Sequence record: MK504444.1
Direction: 5' to 3' (one strand)
DNA length: 24,000 bases
DNA from: Lactobacillus phage 3-521
In this document: one piece after another, positions 15,538-24,000 of the stretch
How positions within the stretch are numbered: position 1 is the stretch's first letter
How the letters are laid out: every line of letters begins with the position of its first letter
Notes under the pieces: generated by a model
Told to the model about the DNA's origin: nothing
Seen by the model: only the letters and a program-made list of their open reading frames with translations
Databases searched by the model: none
Made by a program: the position numbers and the translations under genes

Positions 15538-15940
15538 ACTTGAAATGAGATAGTAGCCACGTAGAGAAAACGGAAAAAATAACAATTAAGAAGTCTTTAA
15601 TTGTAGCCCGTATTTCCTCCTTAGTATGCTGAATTTTCTCCTCATTGCGCTGCAGTTCTTCTTCAATATCCTTACGATACTGTTTCATGTCCGCTTTTAT
15701 TTCATTGGTATTGCTTTTAAGCGTATTTTTAGTATCATGCAGAGACTCTTTCAAGTCAATGATTTCCTTCTCTAACTCGCCATGCTCCACACTAGAGTTG
15801 TCATCTAGTCCTTGCAGTAAAATAGCAAGTCTGTTAGATTCCTTGTCTAGTTCAGATATTTGTCTATCCAGTTGGTATAGTTTTTCCTGTAATCTATCTG
15901 TAGAGCTTTCTTTGTTAGTATCCTCCTTTTTAATTTCCAA
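15536..15940 (-). CDS. Coiled-coil protein with C-terminal TM anchor
   Basis: 134 aa, heptad-rich (LQEKLYQLDRQISELDKE...) ending in IKDFLIVIFSVFSTWLLSHFK. Confidence 0.8.
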   Translation of the reverse strand: MEIKKEDTNKESSTDRLQEKLYQLDRQISELDKESNRLAILLQGLDDNSSVEHGELEKEIIDLKESLHDTKNTLKSNTNEIKADMKQYRKDIEEELQRNEEKIQHTKEEIRATIKDFLIVIFSVFSTWLLSHFK

Positions 15941-16046
15941 AAATGTACCTGCTCTCTATAATATCAGTATTTTAGCTGCTACTCATGTTATCATTAAATG
16001 GGGTAGTATAAGCTCGTAAATAATATAAGCGAGATGGTAAGAATAT

Positions 16047-16331
16047 ATGGTACAAAGCAAAAGTAAAGAGCAGGTAATTAGTCAAAGAAAATCAGTATTA
16101 TCTGGTGCCTTTAACAAACATGTTATCCCAGCAAAGAGTCATCGAGTAGGTGCAATTCACTACTGTACTGTATGTGGAAAGCAATTAACAGCCTATATTA
16201 GTACCGAAAATAGATACCGGTGTAGGTACAAACATTATTACTGTCATATTGGCTGGATAACTTATGGTGTTTGCTACCATGCAGATAGCTGTTATCGAGA
16301 ACTTAAACGACAGGGAAAATTAATTGAGTGA
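16047..16331 (+). CDS. Hypothetical zinc-ribbon-like protein
   Basis: 94 aa with CTVCGKQL...CRYKHYYCHIGW Cys/His pattern, first gene of the rightward packaging module. Confidence 0.75.
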   Translation: MVQSKSKEQVISQRKSVLSGAFNKHVIPAKSHRVGAIHYCTVCGKQLTAYISTENRYRCRYKHYYCHIGWITYGVCYHADSCYRELKRQGKLIE

Positions 16332-16343
16332 AGGTGATACTTT

Positions 16344-16775
16344 ATGGGTTCAAAACTGTTTAAGGAAGCTCAGGTACGGTTAACAGAGGCTAATGGTACT
16401 AATGAGGACCTAGATAAAAAAACACGTAAGGACTTACTTAATGCTACCCAGATACTAGCTAAGAAAATGCTAAGTATGGCTTTAAGTGGAAAGATATCTA
16501 TTGATAATATTAAGGATGCTAAGGATATTGTTGCTATGTACAGTATCATTAAAGCTAGTGGTAACGATGGAGATGAAGAGGCAACTCCTACACTTAGTTC
16601 AAAGGCTAAGTCATTATGGGAAAGTGAACTGCAAGCTAACTTAGATGATATCAATGATGAAGACGCTGTGGAAGATATTAAGGACTGGGACGCTGACCAA
16701 GTTAAGGCATTTATGGACAAATCAGCAGAAGCTAAGAACAATGAAAATTACAGTGAATTGAAAGATAAAGGATAA
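16344..16775 (+). CDS. Hypothetical protein, candidate terminase small subunit by position
   Basis: 143 aa helical/acidic protein immediately upstream of the large terminase. Confidence 0.7.
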   Translation: MGSKLFKEAQVRLTEANGTNEDLDKKTRKDLLNATQILAKKMLSMALSGKISIDNIKDAKDIVAMYSIIKASGNDGDEEATPTLSSKAKSLWESELQANLDDINDEDAVEDIKDWDADQVKAFMDKSAEAKNNENYSELKDKG

Positions 16776-16789
16776 GGAAGTGGTTTTTA

Positions 16790-17066
16790 TTGAGTGACTT
16801 AAAGTTTGACGGGAATACTGTAATTAGCATGGCAAAAGACATGTACCGGACTGACAGCCCAAGCTTGCTTCAATTGCAGACTGTTATGGATATGACAGTT
16901 CCTGTTAACTACTTGTTAAATTTCCATAAAGTAAAGGGACATCCGGTAACTTATAGTATACCCAATATGGATTCAGAGTATGCACGTAATATGCGGAACT
17001 GGCAAATGGCCATTTTGAATGACCAGTCACAGGATAAACGGATAATGAAATCGCGTCAACTTGGAT
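16790..17066 (+). CDS. terL: Terminase large subunit, exon 1
   Basis: TTG start with AAGGAAG RBS, ends in IMKSRQLG. Reading frame continues in exon 2 at 18357. Confidence 0.85.
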
Positions 17067-18356
17067 TAAGTAGTAGTCCCGTACTAGGGTAACCTAGTAA
17101 AGAAACCATGTTAAACGGGTACAGGCTAATAAGGTAGCATAGAGCTACCGAAGGGGCCTAGTAAGAGAGACTAAATCCAGAAATGGACAATGTTAACCCA
17201 CCGTGCTAAATTGGTACAGTAATGTACCATAAATGCCTAGAGACTAAACTTCTAGTTAGCTGGTATAATGGTACCAGTGAGAACTAGATAAGAGACTATA
17301 GATGAAATAAAGTAACTAATAAGGAGGTGTAAACATTAAGAAGAAAACAAATTCAGAATTTATACAGGCAGTACAGGAGCAAGTGGGTAATGAGTATACC
17401 TTTATTGATGAGTATATCAATACACGAACTAAATTAACAGTTAAACATAATGTTTGTGGCAGAAGTTATATGGTTAGTCCTAATTCTTTTTTAAGTAGAC
17501 ACAATAGATGTCCTTACTGTCATGGAAATATAGCCAAGCATAAGAGTAATTCTGAATTTTGTAAGGAGGTTCATAGCTTAACAGGTGATGAATATACCTT
17601 TTTAGATACCTACATTAATAGGTCTACACCTATCAGAGTTAGGCATAATATTTGTGGAAAGGTATATAAGGTATCTCCTGGAAACTTTCTACTTGGTAGT
17701 CGGTGCATTTCATGTAGATACAAAGAAAAACGGCTAAGTATTTCCGATGCCATGCTGAAGGTTCGCGAAGCTATTGGTGATAGCTATGAGATTATTAACT
17801 ATCCTAACAGTGTAATAAAGCCTACTACAGTAAGGCATAAAACATGTGGTAACACTTTCACTGCTAGGTTAAGTGATATATATTATAAGCATTCAGGGTG
17901 TCCTTATTGTGCATCTTCTATAGGAGAGCAGCATATATGTGACTTTTTGAATAGAAATAATTATCACTATGAGTTTCAAAAGAGATTTGACAACCTTTGC
18001 GACGAAAAGCCCCTGTCCTATGACTTTTACATCCCTAGTTTAGGAGTACTCATAGAATATCAGGGAGAACAACATTTTAAGCCTAAAAATTTTGGTGGAT
18101 GCTCCAAGCAAGAGGCTAATTTCAGGCTAGAACTCCAGAAAAAGCATGACTTAATGAAAAGAGTGTACGCAATTAATCATGGATATACTCTTCTATGCCC
18201 TGATTATACTATGTCAACAAAAAGTAGTATTGACTCATATTTAGAAAGAAATTTGTAAAAATCTATAGTTGTAACGCATGGAATCCTATACCAAAAAATA
18301 GGATTAAGAGATAGTCCAAACCCCTAAAAAGTATCGGGAAACCGAGGGTACAATTG
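17067..18356 (+). other. Group I intron (1290 nt, boundaries predicted) inside terL
   Basis: P1: exon GGAT with intron GTCC (17076-17079), U.G at the splice site. P7: GACTAT (17294-17299)/ATAGTC (18311-18316). P8: AATCCTAT/ATAGGATT (18282-18289/18298-18305). Terminal G 18356. Splicing restores frame. Confidence 0.85.
17335..18258 (+). CDS. Intron-encoded putative homing endonuclease (zinc-finger repeats plus PD-(D/E)XK/Vsr-like C-terminus)
   Basis: Three Cys-rich repeats (HNVCG...CPYC, HNICG...CISC, HKTCG...CPYC) and SYDFYIPSLGVLIEYQGEQHF. Perfect RBS AGGAGGTG precedes in-frame ATT at 17335; the tracked start is GTG 17383. Confidence 0.8.
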   Translation: MKKKTNSEFIQAVQEQVGNEYTFIDEYINTRTKLTVKHNVCGRSYMVSPNSFLSRHNRCPYCHGNIAKHKSNSEFCKEVHSLTGDEYTFLDTYINRSTPIRVRHNICGKVYKVSPGNFLLGSRCISCRYKEKRLSISDAMLKVREAIGDSYEIINYPNSVIKPTTVRHKTCGNTFTARLSDIYYKHSGCPYCASSIGEQHICDFLNRNNYHYEFQKRFDNLCDEKPLSYDFYIPSLGVLIEYQGEQHFKPKNFGGCSKQEANFRLELQKKHDLMKRVYAINHGYTLLCPDYTMSTKSSIDSYLERNL

Positions 18357-19903
18357 TTAGTGAAGTTGGCGTAAGTGAACTGTTATGGTTCTGTGATACG
18401 CATAGTTTTGATAATGTGTCTGCATTGTACACATTCCCAACTAATAAACAAATGAAAGACTTTGTCAAAGCGCGTATACGTCCAGAGTTTGCACAAGGAT
18501 ACTATGCAACTCTAACGGATAAGAATAACAACTCATTAGACCAGATGAGTGTACGTAACTCAAGAATTTACTTCCGTTCAGCAAGTAAGGGTAGTGCTGT
18601 GGAAGGTGTCGATATTGACATGTTGTCGCTTGATGAGTATGACCGTTTAAATCCAACAGCAGAAATATCAGCAATGGAATCATTGTCATCTTCAAAGTAT
18701 GGTCTAATTAGAAGATGGTCAACTCCAACAATACCAAATTATGGTATCCATAAGAAATTTCTTGAATCAGACCAAAGGATGTGGGTACACACCTGTCCCC
18801 ATTGTGGGTACGAACAGGTACTAGATTATGAAAAGAACATTGTATGTAACAATCCTAAGGGTATTGATGAAATAGGTAGAATTGTACAACCCGGTACCTT
18901 TAGCTTTGTTTGCCAGAAGTGTGGTGGTATCCTTGACCGTTGGTATGATGGTCAGTGGGTAGCAATGGCTCCTAGAGCTGGACGTGCACATGGGTACCAA
19001 ATATCTCAATTAGATGCAGTCTGGGTTAGTGCAGATGACCTAAAGCGCAAGGAGTTACAAGCTCCAAGTAAACAATTCTTTTACAACTATGTTATTGGTA
19101 AGCCTTATGAAGATTCAACTAGTAAGTTTTATGACAGTGATGTACTTGACCATCGAAGGGATTACCTCCCTGAACAGCAGAAGTCACGAGGTAGGTACGA
19201 TTGGATTTCAGCTGGAATAGATTGGGGAGAACATTTTCACCATGTTGTTATTATGGGAATGCTGCCTAATGGTAACATTGACATAATTGGGTTAAAGGCT
19301 GTAAGAAGGTCAGAAGGGGTAAATGAACTGGAACGAGATTTACATCAAGTAATGGCTTATTTAGACCAGTTTAATCCTGACTTAATTGTACCTGATTTCG
19401 GTTATAATGGTAATTATAACGACAAGCTGTCACAAGCTTTTGGTACAGATAAGGTATATAGCTGTATTGTTAAGTCTGCTAAAAGTCAGAATGACTACAA
19501 AGCACATTTCGACCTTAGTAACCATAGGGTAACTATAGATAAACTTATGCAAAATGTTATGATGCTTAATAACATGAAACGGGATAGTATAGGTTTCTAT
19601 AAAAAGGTTGACCCTGATTTAAAACTCTTTATGCAACATTGGAGTAACGTTGTCATTCGTACCGATATAGATGATGACGCTCCTGACCCAGATACCATTG
19701 TTAAGACTATTACACGTAAGGATGGGGACCATTATGCCCAAAGTTCAGTCTATGCAATGGTTGGGATGAATCACTTAGTAGAATTAATTAAGCAAAGGAA
19801 GGATAGCCAGCTTTTTACCTCTAGTTTATCAACGTACACTAAGGTACCAGATAGTGAAAAGACTGACTTGCAAGAGGAATTATTCAATAGTTCCCTAATG
19901 TAA
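18357..19903 (+). CDS. terL: Terminase large subunit, exon 2
   Basis: SEVGVSELLWFCDTHSFDNVSALYTFPTNKQMKDF..., VDIDMLSLDEYDR (Walker B-like), nuclease-type WISAGIDWGEHFHHVVIMG and DLIVPDFGYNGNYNDKL. Confidence 0.85.
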
Positions 19904-19935
19904 AAATAAAGTAAGTAGAAGGAAGGTACTGATAC

Positions 19936-21561
19936 TTGGGAATTTTCAATCGTAATGTACAGGATACTTATATTGATACAACTGCGTACAATAATATTGT
20001 TAACAATTACCAGGAAAAGTTACAAAAATCGGTACAAAATGGTAAAGCTCAGTCCAATGACCTTATTGGAGTACTAGATATTGATGGAGGTAATCCAAAG
20101 TCTAAAAAGACGACAACTACCTTTCAGAATGCAGTGTTAGCTAAGAAGGCATCATTGCATGAATTTAGTCAAGCATTGATTATTCAGGCAATTATTCGTA
20201 CCAGATGTAATCAAGTACGTCCTTATTGTCATCCTGCGGGATATACTAGTCATGGAATTGGGTACCAGATTGTACGTCGTGATAAAGATACTATGACTAA
20301 GAGTGACTTAGACAAGGCACATAAGTATGAACAATTTTTGTACCATACTGGTGACCCGGATAATCCAAAGTTTAAGTACAATGGTAACCGGGACTTGTTC
20401 CCTGAATTTATTAATAAGATGATTGTTGACCGTTATGTATATGACCAACGTAACATTGAACGTATATACAAAAGCAGAACTAGTGACAAGCTGGACCATT
20501 TTAATGCTGTTGATGCAGGAACGATTGTTATTGATAACCGTCCACGTTCATTAGATGAACCTCGTAAGTTTGCTCAGTACATTAGAAGCAAACGAACAGC
20601 AACCTGGGACGAGAAGCATATGACTTTTATATCAGCAGATGCACAGACCAATGCTAATCTTCAAGGATACGGATTTAGTCCTACTGAGGCTGCTAAGGAA
20701 CACATTAATTACTTTATGCAAACGGAACAGTTTAATGCACGGTTCTTTAGTCAAGGTGGTATGACTCGGGGTATTTTAGTAGTTAATACCGGTACAGATG
20801 CTAATCAAAGTCAATACAGTTTGAACGCTTTGCAACGTCAATGGTCTAGCCAACTAGGTGGTCTTAACAATGCTTGGCGGATACCAGTTGCTGTAGCACA
20901 GGATGCAAAATTTGTAAATATGACTCAGAATAGCAAGGACATGGAATTCCATGAATGGTTGAACTTCTTGACTAACTTAATCACTGCTGATTTTAGTATT
21001 AACCCAGCAGAAATTAATATGCCTAATAAGGGAGGTACTACCTCTCGGGGTAGTAACAGTATCAACGAAGGTTCTTCTATGAAAGAAACCATGCAAAATT
21101 CTCAGCAGAAAGGGCTAGAACCTTTATTAAATGAATTAGAAGACATGGTAAATGACTATCTCATGCCCTACATTGATAAGGACTTTGTATTCAGATTTAC
21201 TCTTGGTGATTCTAAGAGTGCCCTAGAAAAGCAAAAAGAAATTGAAGCTATGGGTAATAATGGGTTAACCTTTGCTGAGGCAAGAAAAATGAATGGTAAA
21301 GGTTTACTAACTGGAGATTACAAATGGCTTAATGATGCTCCGATGAATGCTGTAGCAGTTCAATGGGCTAATCTACAGGCTAAGGATGACCCAGAATCTC
21401 AATATACTTTGCAGCATTCTAAGGACAATACAAATTTTGATGGAACCAGTGGTATGTCTAAGCCTTCTAAGGATAAAGATAACAAAGATAATAAGGAAGA
21501 AATAGATAATCCAGACAATCCAGACAATTCTGTTGATGAATCGAATCAATCGTCAGAGTAG
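19936..21561 (+). CDS. Portal protein
   Basis: 541 aa directly after terL. AKKASLHEFSQALIIQAIIRTRCNQV, DINPAEINMPNKGG-type segment and downstream protease support the portal assignment. Confidence 0.85.
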   Translation: MGIFNRNVQDTYIDTTAYNNIVNNYQEKLQKSVQNGKAQSNDLIGVLDIDGGNPKSKKTTTTFQNAVLAKKASLHEFSQALIIQAIIRTRCNQVRPYCHPAGYTSHGIGYQIVRRDKDTMTKSDLDKAHKYEQFLYHTGDPDNPKFKYNGNRDLFPEFINKMIVDRYVYDQRNIERIYKSRTSDKLDHFNAVDAGTIVIDNRPRSLDEPRKFAQYIRSKRTATWDEKHMTFISADAQTNANLQGYGFSPTEAAKEHINYFMQTEQFNARFFSQGGMTRGILVVNTGTDANQSQYSLNALQRQWSSQLGGLNNAWRIPVAVAQDAKFVNMTQNSKDMEFHEWLNFLTNLITADFSINPAEINMPNKGGTTSRGSNSINEGSSMKETMQNSQQKGLEPLLNELEDMVNDYLMPYIDKDFVFRFTLGDSKSALEKQKEIEAMGNNGLTFAEARKMNGKGLLTGDYKWLNDAPMNAVAVQWANLQAKDDPESQYTLQHSKDNTNFDGTSGMSKPSKDKDNKDNKEEIDNPDNPDNSVDESNQSSE

Positions 21562-21607
21562 TATGTTGTTATATTATAAGTGAAGTAAAAATTAGGCGGT
21601 GATATAG

Positions 21608-22405
21608 ATGCAAGATAAATATGACATTTTTCTTCCTTTTGACAAGATTGTAGAATCAAAGTCAAAGAATGAGAAGGGTGTGCATAATATCTTCGTATCA
21701 GGTTGGGCTAGTACTCCTGCTTGGGATTACCAAGGTGAATCTATTGACCCTTGTGGGTTAGACGCCAGTTACTTATTTAATCATGGTTTTGTTGATTATG
21801 AGCATGACCAAGACCTGGTAATTGGAGTTCCAACTAGTAAATCCTATGTAGACCCTCAAAGAGGTTTATACTTAGAGGCTGAACTATTTGGTAATAGTCC
21901 TAAGGTAAAAGAAGTTATGCAACTAGCAGATAACCTGTCGAAGACTGAGTCTAAGCGCACGTTAGGATTCAGTATTGAAGGTATTGTTGATGAACGTGAC
22001 GATGAAAATCCAGATATTGTAAGAAATATTAGAGTGGTAGGAGTGGCGGTAACTAAGAATCCTGCCAACCCAGAAGCAACTTGGGAAAACATTCAAAAAT
22101 CTATGGCTTTAGAGGCTGGATACTCTGTTGACCCTAAAACTAATACAGGGGGTGCAGCATTGCGTGTAGAAGACTTTTGTCACCATCTGCATGACTTATC
22201 TGAAGATATTAAAGACTACCAAGCTAATGGTGGAAACTTTAAAGAGCTTGTAAATTCTGTAGGAAAGTCTTTAGACGAGTCTAACGCTGATTCTCTAACC
22301 AAGACGTTTTTTCTTCAGCTGTGTACTGGTGTAGATAACGATACAGCAAGTGACTTAATTATGTCCAATGAAAATAAGAGTATTAGTAAGGAGGACAAAG
22401 AATAG
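21608..22405 (+). CDS. Prohead protease
   Basis: VSGWASTPAWDYQGESIDPCGLD, FNHGFVDYEHD, LYLEAELFG, KRTLGFSIEG, EEDxx...AVTKNPANPEA pattern. Confidence 0.88.
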   Translation: MQDKYDIFLPFDKIVESKSKNEKGVHNIFVSGWASTPAWDYQGESIDPCGLDASYLFNHGFVDYEHDQDLVIGVPTSKSYVDPQRGLYLEAELFGNSPKVKEVMQLADNLSKTESKRTLGFSIEGIVDERDDENPDIVRNIRVVGVAVTKNPANPEATWENIQKSMALEAGYSVDPKTNTGGAALRVEDFCHHLHDLSEDIKDYQANGGNFKELVNSVGKSLDESNADSLTKTFFLQLCTGVDNDTASDLIMSNENKSISKEDKE

Positions 22406-23412
22406 TGGCAAGTTTAACAGATATTTTGCAAAAACTAGACGGTGGAGATGAATCCCAAAATGGAACTCAATCTACATCAGACTTAAATGCACCAGATGCT
22501 CATGCTGGTTCAGATGTTAATCAGATTGGTGAAGGTGGTCAATCTATTAATGTACCTGGGAATACTGATGGGGCAGAACATACAGATTCAGTTCCAGATG
22601 TTGACCCTAATCAAGCACATAATGCTCCAGAACCGGGTAACCATGTAGATGCTGGTCATGCAGAACCAGTTCCAGATGTTGACCCTAATCAAGCAGGTAC
22701 CCATAAAAGCTCTGGTTTTGATGAAGATACTATCAAGAGTTTAGCTGATGTTGTTTCAGAGCTAAAGAATGTATCAAACAAGTTTTCCGAAGCTTTGTCT
22801 TTAGTGGAAAAATCTACTAAGAAAACAGACAAAGACCTTGACGGAGACGAAGACATGGATGAATCCATGGGTAAAGGTAAAGGTAAAGACTCTAAGGGTA
22901 AAGATAAGGGTACTGATGAAAATAAATCAGTAACGGCTACTGATGAAGGTACTCCTGAGGGTACATCTGTAGAAGAGCCTGAATTGCCTAGTGAAGATGT
23001 TACAAGTGTTTCCGATGAGGAAAAGAACGGTGAAGTAGCTGAACCTAAAGGTACTGAAGAAAACAAGTCGGTACAGGCTGAACCCGAAACAGCTAAAGCA
23101 GTATCTAGTGATACTACTGATAAGAGTGCTAATGTTGAAGAAGCACCTGAAGGTAAAGTAGCTGACACTGACAAGGTAACAGAAAAGAGTTATCTTACAA
23201 GTAATGGAAACTTTACAAATGAGGTACCTGCTCAGGTACTACTTAGTGACATGGAGAAATCTGTTAGAGCTATTAGTAAAGATTATAACGAAGGTCCTAA
23301 CAGTCCAAGGGTCCATGCAATTACTCACCTGTACGAAAAGTTAACTAATGACTTGAATGAAAACAAGAGTGTTAGTTCCTCTTTAGTTGAAAGCTACAAT
23401 TCAATTAAATAG
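22405..23412 (+). CDS. Capsid scaffold/assembly protein
   Basis: GTG start overlapping the protease stop. Highly acidic, low-complexity, located between protease and capsid genes. Confidence 0.75.
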   Translation: MASLTDILQKLDGGDESQNGTQSTSDLNAPDAHAGSDVNQIGEGGQSINVPGNTDGAEHTDSVPDVDPNQAHNAPEPGNHVDAGHAEPVPDVDPNQAGTHKSSGFDEDTIKSLADVVSELKNVSNKFSEALSLVEKSTKKTDKDLDGDEDMDESMGKGKGKDSKGKDKGTDENKSVTATDEGTPEGTSVEEPELPSEDVTSVSDEEKNGEVAEPKGTEENKSVQAEPETAKAVSSDTTDKSANVEEAPEGKVADTDKVTEKSYLTSNGNFTNEVPAQVLLSDMEKSVRAISKDYNEGPNSPRVHAITHLYEKLTNDLNENKSVSSSLVESYNSIK

Positions 23413-23550
23413 GTTAGTCGATATTGTACTTTGTTCTTAATTTCATGACAAAGTACTTTAGTTATATTATTCCTGAACAAGAAAATAAATGTAGGTACCA
23501 TTTAGGTGCTTAACATTATAAACTTTAGAAAAGAGAGAGGAAGTTAACTC

Positions 23551-24000
23551 TTGGAAGATAACTTAAATATGAACACAGCTAATGCAGGGGCTTCAGCTGT
23601 TACTAAAAATGCAGCTAAAAAGTCTTTGTTTAGTGCAAAGAATAATGAATTCAATGATACAGATATGTCTATCATTAAGAGTGCCTTTACTGCTGGTACT
23701 GGTATTACTCCTCAAGACCAAACGGGAGCTGCCGCTTTACGTATTGAATCTCTTGATACAGATATCAAGATGACTACTTGGGGTAAGGAAGACCTTACCA
23801 TTTATAATGATGTATTCCATGTTCCAGTTCACCAAACGGTACGTAAATATACCGTTTTCTACCAACATGGTAAGGTAGGACACTCTGTATTCCAACCTGA
23901 AATTGGTATTAATAAGGTTAACGAACCAGGTATGTCTCAAAAGACGGTTAACATGAAGTTCTTGGTTGATACTAAGGCTCAATCATTTGCTATCATGTTA
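23551..24000 (+). CDS. Major capsid protein, 5' part (truncated by window)
   Basis: TTG start 23551 behind GAGAGAGGAAG. MEDNLNMNTANAGASAVTKNAAKKSLFSAKNNEFNDTDMSIIKSAFTAGTGITPQDQTGAAALRIESLDTDIKMTTWGKEDLTIYNDVFHVPVHQTVRKYTVFYQHGKVGHSVFQPEIG. The frame is open to the window end. Confidence 0.88.
   Translation, partial: MEDNLNMNTANAGASAVTKNAAKKSLFSAKNNEFNDTDMSIIKSAFTAGTGITPQDQTGAAALRIESLDTDIKMTTWGKEDLTIYNDVFHVPVHQTVRKYTVFYQHGKVGHSVFQPEIGINKVNEPGMSQKTVNMKFLVDTKAQSFAIML

Noticed and set aside
17092-18416. Two separate terminase genes or a pseudogenised terminase
   Set aside because: The interruption has group I intron hallmarks and splicing restores a single frame, so it is not a simple frameshift or nonsense disruption.
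22689-23174. Antisense 161 aa ORF opposite the scaffold gene (and similar antisense ORFs at 15645, 16370, 18465, 18821, 20308, 21856, 11986, 4709, 5216, 6592, 7467, 14397, 13516, 23582, 23737)
   Set aside because: Shadow frames of well-supported genes; the Ser/Leu-rich translation simply mirrors the acidic repetitive scaffold sequence.

Overview
This 24 kb window looks like part of a large Lactobacillus-type myophage genome (SPO1-like/Herelleviridae-like organisation; this assignment is inference from gene content). The left part has a minus-strand tRNA cluster (Gly-TCC, Met-CAT, Pro-TGG, a damaged Leu-TAG, Thr-TGT, plus aberrant tRNA-like elements), an isolated tnpB gene next to two ~200 bp direct repeats, and a minus-strand accessory/metabolic operon: thymidine kinase, nucleoside deoxyribosyltransferase-like protein, tRNA-Arg, MoxR-type AAA+ ATPase with a possible vWA-like partner, SF2 helicase and an orphan MazF/PemK-like protein. 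The centre has a CorA-like protein with a GVN motif, a ~0.8 kb highly structured non-coding region (12.6-13.42 kb; candidate giant phage RNA of GOLLD/ROOL type), a secreted LysM/lysozyme-like protein, and an intergenic region with exact 56-bp-spaced repeat pairs. The right part is the packaging/head module: putative small terminase, large terminase split by a group I intron carrying a zinc-finger/PD-(D/E)XK-like homing endonuclease, portal, prohead protease, scaffold and the start of the major capsid protein. The strongest leads are the structured RNA region, the TnpB/repeat/tRNA-Leu junction, the reconstructed terminase intron with a probable ATT start for its endonuclease, the seven-box iteron array, and a shared minus-strand promoter pattern.
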